In this document: piece after piece, positions 14,452-27,170 of the stretch
Position numbering within the stretch: position 1 is the first letter of the stretch
Layout of the letters: the number at the start of each line of letters is the position of its first letter
Assembly (NCBI RefSeq): GCF_009914755.1
Contig: NC_060927.1
From: the human T2T-CHM13v2.0 reference genome, Homo sapiens
Length of the DNA: 64,000 nt
Direction: 5' to 3' (one strand)
Notes under the pieces: model-generated
Database searches by the model: none
What the model saw: the letters and a program-made list of their open reading frames with translations, nothing else
What the model was told of the DNA's origin: nothing
Position numbers and translations under genes: made by a program

Positions 14452-14961
14452 GCTTAGACAACCACCATTTAGCGAGAGCACTTTGAGTTAGGTAATGCCT
14501 GTTGTAAATGCTCACACGCCTGGGAAGATTAAAGGCACTACCAACTGCTTTTTTTTAAATCTCACTGGTAATTCACCTAATCAACTTCCTTTTTCCCAAC
14601 CCTAAATTGGAATTAACTGAAGAAACAGGCTTTTAAAGGGGAAAAGACAGCTTTGAAGGATAGACATGCAGATGAAACAGGTAGGCTGGTGTGGTGCTAA
14701 CCTCCAGCAAGGCAGAAAGTGGTCAATGAAGAGCACAGAAGTGACAGCCTATGTTCCCCTCTGTCTGCCTCCAGCTCCCCATCACGCCTGTCCGTTTTAA
14801 TGCCAGTAGATTCCCCAGTTGGCCAATCGTCTCCGTTCCCAGTGTTTCTGCCCTAGAGTAGACCTCTGTTACCTCTCACTTCCAACCGCTGTCATAATTT
14901 CCTCCCTTGAGTAAGAAGAAAACGAGCTCCTTGAAGACTGGCACCCATCCTCTGTTCCTCT

Positions 14962-15295
14962 GTGTATTAGGTGTCTGCAGGGCTGGTTTGTTTCTGCAGG
15001 CTCTAAGGGAGAATCTTGCCATTTCCAGCTTCTAGAGGCCTTCCTCATTCCTTGACTCATGTCACCTTTGCTCCTCAGCCTCCATCCTCACATTGTCTTC
15101 CTCTGTCTGATCTGCGTCTCTCTTATGAAGTGATTACATTAGGACCACTCAGACAATCCAAAATAATCTCCCCATCTCAAGATCTTTAATTTGATAACAT
15201 CTGCAAAATCCCTTCTGCCATATAAGGTAATATTCACAGATTCTAGGAATAAGGATGTGGACCTCTTTGGGGGGACGTTACTCAACAAACCACAG
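14962..15295 (-). mobile_element. MLT1-family LTR fragment
   Basis: GGGAGAATCTTGCCATTTCCAGCTTCTAGAGGC..CATATAAGGTAATATTCACAG..GGATGTGGAC. Confidence 0.75.
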
Positions 15296-16420
15296 TTTGT
15301 TTTCCCACAGGACACGGTTGGCTAACAGATAGCATTCACTTAAGAGAATAGAGTGGCGATTATGGGAGTGGAGGAAGAGATGGACATCAAATGCCACCAT
15401 CTGCTAAGCACTTATCAGGCATTGGATCAGCTGGGACACTGGGAGGAACAGGTATTATCTGTCCTGGGGAGGGAATGTGGGAGACAGGGTCACAATCCCA
15501 TATGATGGACGTATCTTCAACTGATTCTCACACAAACCACAATAGGAAGTAGATGACATCAGTTCTGACTCAGAGGAGTGGGATCTTAAAAGATGAGTGG
15601 AATCTGAGTAGTCTCTGTCTGAAGGGAAGATATTCCAGACAGAGGTAACAACAAAAATCAAGGTAGAGTGGTAAAAACAGTACAGCAGGATCAACATTCT
15701 CAAAAGAGAACAAAGGTGACAGTATCTATCTGCCTGAACTCTCTGTTTACAGGAACCAATGGCTACTTGAGTGACCATTTTAAATCTTCCAGGGAAAAGA
15801 GAGTGGTGAAGACAAATGTGTCCATTTAAATTCCAGACTGATAAAGGAAGTGGAAAGCTCACAAGAGCCACGTTTAAAACCACCTTGTCCTTTTTGTTGG
15901 TTTTGTTGTAGCTGTTGAGAAAAAATTGGACCCCCATCAGGGAATAAACTTTTTTCAGGTGGAGAGAAAATGTACCTGGGGCAATTCTAAACCAGAGTTT
16001 CAAACTTTGTTCCATTTATTTATAATTTTGGGAAATTTCATTTCACTCAGTCCTGTGGATGATAACTAGAAGGATGTTTAACGTTTCAAATCCAAGTTTT
16101 ATTTGAGGTGAAAAACTTTGTAATGTTCCTTCTCACCCGCCTCCTGGTCACGCTTCTACTCCATCCCATCTCTTTTTCTTCCAGCCTTCTCTTCATCTTT
16201 GTCATTTCCCCAGTTTGAGAAACAATGCAGGATGTGATTTAATAAGGAATAAACACCTGACACAAGTACAAGCCGTCTTCTTCTCTTGTAAAATTACAAA
16301 AATAATAAAATAAAATAACAAAAGCAATTGTTAAAAACAACAACAACAACAATGTGATTTATAAAGTATAAAGTCCCTTCCCACATCCTTGTAGCCCCAT
16401 TTGTCAGTTATCAGTCTAGA

Positions 16421-16613
16421 CAGATTCATCTAATTCGGTATAATGGAGCTTTCCGCAAAGATGGAAACTTGCTCTATCTGTGCTGCCCAGTGTGGCAGCC
16501 ACTAGCCACATGTGTCTGTTGAGCACTTGAATGTGGCTGGTGCTACCCAGGAACTAAAATTTTAATTTTAATTAATTTAAATGTGGCTAGTGGCAGTTAC
16601 ACTGGATAGCACA
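16421..16613. mobile_element. MER3 (hAT-Charlie)
   Basis: TGTGCTGCCCAGTGTGGCAGCCACTAGCCACATGTG..TTGAGCACTTGAATGTGGCT. Confidence 0.75.
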
Positions 16614-19600
16614 GAGACCTTTCTCTGTGTGTTTACTAAAAATTCGCATGGAGATTGATATTCTTTGTTCTTTTCCCTCAAAAATAAAGTTATATCATAC
16701 ACATGTTCTGAAATATGCTATTTTCAAGTGAGAGTAGACCTTGGCCAACTACCCATTTTGTAACTATAATTTGATTTCTTTCTTTTTAATCACTGGATGA
16801 GATTCTACTGAATGGATGGTTTTTAAAGTGTTAATTATTTTTCAAATCAGATATCACATTATTGTTGTTTAAAATGTAAAAGACTCTAAAGAGTATAGTA
16901 AAAAAATTTCCTTCCCATCCCTGTCCCCAGCTTCTCTGTTCCTCTTCCCAGAATCAACTAGTGTTATTTTCTTGGAAATCCTTCCAAAGATATTTTGTGT
17001 ATATACAAGCAAATATACATATGTTTTATTTTTTAAACCATAATTTATTTCACCATTTCTTTGTGTATGAAGCTTTCTCTTTTTACAAGTTCCTGTAAGA
17101 TTTCACTTATTATCTAAATATTGATCACTTATCTATTGAATATATGAGCCACGTATCATTTTCATTGATAATTTCTATTATCTATAACTTGTTAAATATC
17201 AATAATGGCTTCCCTTTGCTGAACGAACGAGGGTAGAATTTGCTAGCCCACATACTTCTAATTATAGTTTAAACTTGTTTTCCAGTATTCGTGAGGGATT
17301 TTGTCTGGTCAATTGATACTCTGTCAGCTGGACAGCTGGAGTTTAGGCCCTGGAGTAAAGCTGAGGCTGAGAGCAGGGAAGACTTAGAAGCTGTCTGGCC
17401 CACAAACTGGTATATCCATGCATCTTGGTCACAGTGGTTATCCAGGCCAACCTGGCACAGATCACAAAGACCCAAGAAGAGTGGCAAAAGCAGGTGAAAT
17501 GGAGGTGGCAGCCTAAACTGAAAACATATCCTGAAGTTGAGTATCTATATTTTTGCAGATGCTGTAGCCAGAGTATATCTTAAGGTAGGATCAGAAAACA
17601 TTTATATCCATAGATTCTTATAGTGGGCAAAAGGAGAATGTCTTAATAAGAGCTTGTCACCAGTGGCACTCACTAAATCCGTCAATGGCTTTCCAGTGCC
17701 TGCAAGACAAACACCAACTCCATCAACACCAACAAGGTTTGCCGCCTTCACATGCAGATACCTGCTTCCTCTGCAGCCTCAATGGACACATCTCCCGACC
17801 AGAGCATTATCCCTGGCCACACTCTACTTCTCGCAGTTCCTCAAAAGTGCCATGCCGCTCTTGCCTCCAAGTTTTCGTACACGTTCCTTCCTCTGTGTGG
17901 AACACTCCCCTCAACTCTCTTTTTAGCCTCACTTTGGGCCTTGCCAACTCCAACCCATCTTTTGCACCTCAGCTCGGATGTCTCATCCTCCAGGGTGCCT
18001 TTCCTGGTCCTCCAGAGAAAAAGTTAGGTGCCCTTGGTGTGTGTTCTCATCTTATCCTGTACTTCCCCAACGCTGCTCTTATCATCCTCATCCCCACCTA
18101 ATCCCTGCCTCATCCTAGACTCTGAATGATCCTGGGTCATCTCTGTGAGACTCAGGAACTGTGTCTTCTGGTGTTCATTATTTTATTGCCAGTGCCTAGC
18201 ATAATGTTCGTAAATATGTGTTGACCGAGTGGCTGGGTCCAGAGAAGGGCAATGCTGTCTTGGGATTGCGTGGTAGTGAGGTGGAGGTGGAGGAGTGTGT
18301 TCTGTATAAGTGTTTTGCACATATGTGTGCATCTGTCATGTGTCTGTGTCCATGCAATGGGGAGACTGTGGAGGTGGCGAAGGGATCCACTGATGGAGGT
18401 CAGGATTGTCTTCATTCTGCAGATAATTGTCATCTGGTCTTAAGCAAATCATCATACTTTCTGTTTCTCAATTTCTTCATCTAAAAGAGGGGTGAGAATT
18501 AGGTGAGATAATATAAGCAAAAGGACTTTTAAAGTAGAATTTGAATACTATGATTGTACAGCAGTTTAGGCACTTGTGTTCAGGAAGAACTAATGGCCCC
18601 AGAGCCTGTATTTACTGATAGGCAGTGAATGCAATGAGTCCTTATAGACATCCCCCACTGCCATAGTGGAAGGAAATTGGCAGAGCTGTTTTCCTGACAT
18701 AACCCTCCTCCACACCCTTGTGCCTCCCCCAAGCCCTGACAGCTTCAGCCATCTGCTACCAGCAGAAGTCCTTCAGGGCCTTCTAGTACATTGTCCAGGT
18801 GCATAGCTGGAGGAAAATACTCAAAAACATAAGCAAGAGCTTTCTCTGGATGGATGCTTTTCTCTTCTGTGTATACTGCTGTTACCGTGTTGTCTGAATT
18901 GCTTTTTGTAACAATGAACATGTATAATAATGTTTATAGTTTGAAAAACCAACAAGAATATTTTCATTTTATAAAACATGCATATTCCCTAAATTATTCC
19001 AACTTTCTTTTACTTTGATTTCATTATCAAACAAATTTTATTATCTGCAACTTGCTCTTCTCAGTGAGGCCCCCATCTATAAGAAGCCCAAACCCAATTC
19101 TGAACTTCTATACAAAATAATTCAATTGCCATTTGACATTACAAAGTCATCCGCTCTGAACTTAGCAGCAGAGCACGATGATCACCTTCTAGTGAACTTG
19201 CCAAATTCAGGTTATGATTCTGCAAAGGAAAAGACAAGACCCTGGCCTGTGATGACTCTGCAAAGGCCCAGCTTCCCCGCTGCCACCTCTTAAGGCCTCG
19301 CTAAGACATCAGGCTGACCCACAGTCCCTGTGGACACTGCTTGGGACTAGGGGTAAGGCAGCCTTACAAACCTTTGGTGGTGCATACTCACATCTCTGAT
19401 GTGGAGAGATAAAGAGCTTTGGTTTGGTGCAAAAGGGGAGCTAGCTGCTGCTGTGGATGCTGACCAGCAGCTGACAATAGTAAGAGGCTTGCACAATACA
19501 GAGAATGTGAAACAAATTTTATTTGGTTTGTAAAAGTGAGGTCCAAGTTAATAGAAGGACAGAGAACTTGCCAAAATGTTGGGGTGGGGAAGGGAGAAAG

Positions 19601-20562
19601 TAATCCTTAGACAGCACATTACAGAGTACTCTTACAAATCGTCTCATTGTTCTTCAAAATCCTATGAAGTCGTGAGGCAGGTAATTATCACACATGCTGT
19701 ATAATGAGGACACTGATGTTCCCTAAGGACACAAAGCTGGTAACACCAAATCTGTGGCCTTTACTACTACCTCCCTAGGATGCAAGCTCTATGTACACAG
19801 CAGGCGTGTTTAAAACTCTGGATGGGAATCAGAACTGTGTATTAGTCATGTGACCTTGCAGCATTCTCTTCATCTTTCTGAGCCTCAGCTTCCTCATCTG
19901 TAAAATGGGATCATAATACCTGTCTAACTTGTCTCATGGAGTGGGGATCTAACAAGACAATGGATGCAAAAACAGTGTGCTTTGAAAATAGTGGGTTGTT
20001 AAAGGAATATAAAGTATGATCAATCTCCCAGTGCAGTACTGAGGGATACAGGTTGAGAATAACTTTCTCTAAACAGAACTGTTGTTTTAGGACTGGATAA
20101 ACTTGATACAGCCCACAACAATCCTACAACCCCCACCATTTCCCTAGGAAGCCAAACCTATTTTCACACCCCTGTCCTGTGTAGGGTACACTCAGCTTTA
20201 AAGATAGGTAATCAGGTTTCCAGCAAACAGAGAAATCCCTGGCCAGCTGCCTCTTCTCTCTGAAACCCTGAGCTGGAGTGAGCTTGAGTTGGGGGCTGTT
20301 GGTGAAATAGTTGCTGTGGGGCCCATACTTTAATCTTAAGAAATTGTGTTTGCCTGCTTATTTTAAAGGATGGTTAAGTACAAAAACCTCAAGTCTGTGC
20401 TATGCTTTTCCCATCACAGGGGCCACTAGTGGGGCCTCAGAGGGAAGGCTCTAGGGTTCCCCACCCTGCTTCAGCCAAAGAACTCTGCTTCTTTAGTGCT
20501 ATTTGTTTTATGCTTTGGAGTGAAATTTATCTGAACAAAGCACTTCATGCTTAAAAAAATAA

Positions 20563-21254
<692 letters not shown>

Positions 21255-21764
21255 TTAATACCAGCATTTCTATGAATAGTTCTCAGCCCTCCTGCCACTA
21301 TGGGTATAAATATTTTTTATGTGAACACTAACAACACAGAATAATTCCTACCACTACAGATGCATCCCAATTACTGTAGGAGGAAAGGGAAGAAAGAAGA
21401 AATGAGAGGGAAAAAGAAAGGAAGGAGGATAGGAAGAATGGAATTAGAAGCTGGTACAGAAAAGTACAAGGTAATTTAGAATTTCTGAAGTAGTTGACTA
21501 AGTGGAAGTACTACTGTGACATGGGGTAAGATTATTCTCTAAGCCTCAGTTTGCTTATCTGGAAACTGAGGAATATGGAGATAAAAATATTTGCTTTGAT
21601 AGGCCTAAAAGAGATATTGTGAGGACCAGTTGAAGTAGTGAATAGGAAAGGGACTTTAGTTAAAAAGGGAATTGCTGTTCTTTCAGCTGAAGAGTCCTGT
21701 CAGTTTGTTCACGGTTTTTAAATAGATGGTCTGAAGGATTAGGATCTTTCCCTCTTTCTATTTA

Positions 21765-21998
<234 letters not shown>

Positions 21999-24499
21999 CT
22001 ACGAAGTTTTCAAATGCTAGGTCTAATGGTTTTTAACTGGGTGACTTTCAGAATCGATTTAAGTTATCTCCATTTGAACTCTTGAAGGTATAATAAGAAT
22101 ATTTCAAAGACGGCATTATTGACAGAGAGGTTGTGCTCTGATCTTTTTAAAAACATCATCTAATAATTTGAGTATTGCCTTAAATATAATTTTTCTACCC
22201 AGTAGATGCAGGTCAGCTTGATTTTTCTTAAACCTTACCTTAGTTAGCAAATTAAGGAGATACTTTACTTCCTGATTAATTTAATTCTGTTTCACAGAGC
22301 CTATAAGAAGGAACAGTTCTCTCTTTTCTTGGCTAGGGTAGAAATTCACAACTAATATACTTACTTACTTTACCTAGACTTTCTCTCTATGACAGCTAGA
22401 ACTTTTTTACTCTTGAATAATTCTAATTTAATACTGTAGAATTAGTCTCTCGCTTATAATTATTTTGAGTTAAACATTTAAATCTCTAAAAATTCAAAAT
22501 CTAAGCTCTGGTAGTACAGAATGCAGTAATAATTCAATAAACAAATATTCCTGGGAAAAAATTGAGAAGGTGAAAACAAGCTAAGCTACATTCCAGTATT
22601 AGATGGACCTCTATCTCTTGGTCCAACAACCTGCCCATTTTTTTTTACATACAGGTCAGATTGCTCCAAAAAAACAAAAAAAATGCCTTTTCAAAATAAG
22701 CAACGCTGCTGGTCTAGTCTATCTTGGGACTCATTGTTAAAAATTCTTCCCTTCTGCTGCCTTCTTTTGGGTAATACCAAACAAACATTAACAACTGTGG
22801 AACAGATGTTCTAACTAGTGAGGATTCCAAAGCTCGGCTCAAACGCATTTTCAACCAGAACAAGACACCAACCACAGAGATTAATCTTCTGGTATGGGTG
22901 CTATGAGATAAAAGCACCTTCTGGATTTCATCATATATTAAAAAAAAAAAAAACTCTAGAGTTTTTTTTGTTTCTTTCTTTTTAGGGATGGGTCAGAAAA
23001 TTTTTCTATTTTGTGAGCCCAAGTGTCATACAAATATTTATGTTGGTGTTTTGATTTTAGACAAAGCAAAGATCATTGCTTTCTGTTCTGCTGTAATAAC
23101 TTTTAAAAAGATAATTTCTCTGCCACCGTCTTTTATTTTTGTGGAAAATATTAAGAAACCACGGTACATTATAGCATAAGACATCTTAAGAAGATAACAT
23201 TTCACTGCATTCCATAAATTGCAGGATATCAAGCAAGGCAGTTCCCACCTTCCATCTAGATGCCAACACAGTCATATCCAACCCAAACATTTGCGCTTAT
23301 TTCATTTAATCAACAAGAATCTGTAGATAACCAAACATTTTCCTAGTACTGAAGCATCATATCCCCTGGCTCTAACAGACTTTAATTTTAAAAGTCTAAA
23401 AAGAACCATGAGCGGTTCCCCCTCTTTCCCTATAATCTATTCCAGTGATTGGAAAACAGGGTGGTGAGGTTGGTGAGATGGTCAAGTTGTTAGAGGAAGG
23501 CTGTGAATCCACGAATGTCCAGTGTCTGACCCTCAACCTAGTGACACCTCCCATTTCATTCCCAGTAAAACGTGTACAGCTTTCAATAGGTGAGGGAGGG
23601 ACAATGATAAAAAGCCCACACAAGGTGAGATCAGCAAGGGATCTCCCCTGGCAGGGGAAGAATCAAGGGAGGGGAACTGGAATGACCCAAGATTTCCTTA
23701 AGCCCAGACCCACACCTCTCTGTGTATGGCTTGGTAAATTCTACATCTACCCCACAGAGAGTCCTAGATTTCAATCCCAGAGCAAAAGCTTTGCCTTTTA
23801 TCATAACACAGGTCCTCACCAGTTTATGCTACATTCCTTGTTCAAGGTATGGTATGTAGTATTACTTGAAGGATATTGCTGCATTCTCCCTTCTACCAGA
23901 TCCTCCCACAAGACTGAACAGTTCTCAAACTAGCGAAACTTGGTTTTATCAGTGTCTATTCTCTGCTGCTACATAAAGATCTCCAGGGATACAGGGCACT
24001 TAGACATGAGGCTTTCTTGATATTCTTCCTTCCCTCCCTATAGAAGAGGAATAGGCCCCAAATAAGGGGCTACATGATCATTAGGCATTTTCCAACCCAA
24101 AATAAGCATACTCATCCTATTGCTAAGGTAAGATAATAATACTGGTATCAACAACCTTGGGCCAAATGTGAAGATGTTAAATTCATTTTGCACACCTATT
24201 CTTCAGGATTAAAAAATATTATCCTGATAAATACAGTAAACCCATTGTAAACAAAACTTTTCATGATGCAGTAACCTTACCCATTACTCCCTTACCTCCT
24301 ATCTTAAATAATGTTTGAGTGTATTCTTCCCTTTGCCATTAAAAGTTCCATTACTTCTGCCCACAAACCAGCAAGTCCTCACCAATCAAGAATCAGCTGC
24401 GATCTCATCATTTTCTTTTTGTGTATTCTAAAACTCAGATGTTTTCTCTCCTCTGGCCTACTGTGGCATGCCCTTCCCTTTCACTAATATCTTGGACAT

Positions 24500-24828
24500 T
24501 GATATGGTTTGGCTGTATCCCCACCCAAATCTCATCTTGAATTCCCACGTGTTGTGGGAGGGACCTGGTGGGAGGTAATTGAATCATGGGGCCAGGCCTT
24601 TCTCGGGCTGTTCTTGTGATAGTGAGTAAGTCTCACGAGATCTGATGGTTTTGAAAAACGGGAGTCTCCTTGCAAAAGCTCTCTCTTCTCTTGAGTGCCT
24701 TTAATCTTCCACCATGACTTGTGGCCTCCCCAGCCATGTGGAACTGCAAGTTCATTAAACCTCTTTCTTTTGTAAATTGCCCAGTCTCCAGTATGTCTTT
24801 ATCAGCAGTGTGAAAACGAACTAATACA
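24500..24828 (+). mobile_element. THE1-type MaLR solo LTR
   Basis: TGATATGGTTTGGCTGTATCCCCACCCAAATCTCATCTTG...AACTAATACA; 5-bp flanks GACAT/GATGT. Confidence 0.9.
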
Positions 24829-24974
24829 GATGTATAAACATTGACCCATCCTCTTTAACTTCCATATACCCTTTTTAAATTGCAGAAAAATCATTCAATT
24901 AGTGGAAAAATTGCTCAAGTAAATTTTATCATCTTTCACCCAGGCCCGGTGATTTCCTATTCAGCAGCAATTTC

Positions 24975-25050
24975 ACATATATATATATACTATATATATA
25001 TATATAGTATATATATATGTATTATGTATATATAATTATATACTATATAT
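24975..25050. repeat. (TA)n-rich quasi-palindrome
   Basis: ACATATATATATATAC-TATATATATATATATA-GTATATATATATGT. Confidence 0.85.
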
Positions 25051-25363
25051 GTAAAATTTTAAAATCAATGTTTTCATACTTTTTAATAATACATGCTTAT
25101 CCTCATTGTAGATAAATTGGGAAATACATAAATGTTTTAGAAAGAAAAAAATACTTGTATGTAATTCTATCACCCAAAGATGTAACATTTTGGTGGATTT
25201 CCTTCAAGTGTTTTTTTTCTATGTACATTTTCATATTGTGATTACACTGTGTGTGTGTATATATATATTATATATATATATGATTTTGTGTCTTGCTTTC
25301 TTATAACCGAAGTCTTTATTCAAGTTATAAAACCCTACATATAACATTTTAAGGCTCCGTAGG

Positions 25364-25811
<448 letters not shown>

Positions 25812-26099
25812 TAAACTCCCAGAAGTAAAATTGCTGGATTAAAAGGTGTGTTATTAGTCAGAACTCTCTTGGTTGTGACTGAAGGAACTCTGACATAAGA
25901 AAAAAAGTGGGGGTTAATTACTGATTCATAGAAGCAAACTTTGGCAAAGACAAGAAGGGAGCTGGCTTTAGGGAGCTGGGACCAGAGGCTGGAATTTTAA
26001 CCTCCTGACTTTCTCCTTGTCTCTTGAATTTATCTTAGACATAAATGAAAATAGAGGTAACTCAAAGCGTCTAACCCACAGTGACAATTGCTGCTCTGT

Positions 26100-27170
26100 T
26101 TTTAGAGCCGGGATTTTGTTCGTGGACTTGCCTTGCCTGGTGGTTGAACTTTGCAGCCCCTTCCTCCTCCGGGCAGCTTCTCTCAGTGGCAGCTGTGTTC
26201 CCCATGGTTTGTCCTGGATGTCTCCCTTGTGCCATCCTTGCAAGCCCGCGGCCAGCGCCTCCACCCACGCTCCGGCCTTGCTCCCACTCCCACCGCTCTG
26301 CCACCTCCCACCTCAGCCTCCCACCTTGGTGTGGAGGGACCAGCGTCGAAGACAAAGGAATCTCTGACGAGAACCGGCCAGTCCGGGAGGGACGGCGGGG
26401 AAGGGGGTGCTGCTCTGGCGGAGCCCTCACTTCACTCGCTTCCCCTCGAGCGCCCCTCTAGGCTGGGGCCCGGCCGCTCTGGGCCTGCTCCTCCTCCCGC
26501 TCCTGTTGCGGGGCACCAGGTCAGACCCTACAGGGGGCTCCGCCAGGGGGAGGGGGAGAGGGGCTCCCTTCAAACTCGGCCCGGCCGCGGGGGTCCCGGG
26601 TGCCCTCTGCTGGGCTCCTTCCACGTCCTTGTCCCTCCTGAACTCCCGTTCCAGCCCTGCCCCCGCCCCGCAGTAGGGAACGGACTCGTTTCTGCCCCGC
26701 CCCGGGGTCCGGGCGCCCGCCCGGCGCTTCAGCTTCAGCAACGTCAAGGCCACGTTCCCTCCGCTCCAGCTCGAAAGACGGTGGCGCTGACTCTGCTCTG
26801 CGCGCCGCAGCTTCCTCCCGCTGCTCCGCCCAGCGGTTTCTGATCCCCTTTCGGCGCTGGGGACTCACACGCTGCGGCGACAGGAAAGCCCGCGCCCCCG
26901 GCCGCTTCCCGGAACGCCCTCGGGGACGGCTGAGTCACTTGGCGCCCGCCCGCGCGGCCACCGAGCCCAGAAGCGGGGAAAGCCCAGAAGCGGGGAAACC
27001 CCAGGGACAGCCGCCGGCCCTGGGGGCAGCCAGCGCTCCAGGCCGCCCAGCACCTCGGGCCCGGATGGGCTTCTCGCGCCCCAGGGCTGCGGCCACACCC
27101 CGCCGGCCCAGACCCCGCGGGTAGAGAAAGGAGGTGCAACCCTGAGAGCCAAGACGTTGGGCTTGGCTTT
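26100..27170. promoter_or_regulatory. CpG island, candidate promoter/enhancer
   Basis: Very high GC and dense CpG against a CpG-depleted background; GC boxes (GCCCCGCCCC) near 26660 and 26694; no repeat origin evident. Confidence 0.88.
26883..27002. promoter_or_regulatory. TF motif cluster: STAT GAS, AP-1/ARE, tandem NF-kB-like sites
   Basis: TTCCCGGAA 26906-26914; GCTGAGTCA 26929-26937; GGGAAAGCCC 26976-26985; GGGGAAACCCC 26992-27002. Confidence 0.6.

Noticed and set aside
15455-16015. 186-aa minus-strand ORF
   Set aside because: No recognisable homology or coding-like composition; partly overlaps degraded L2-like sequence.
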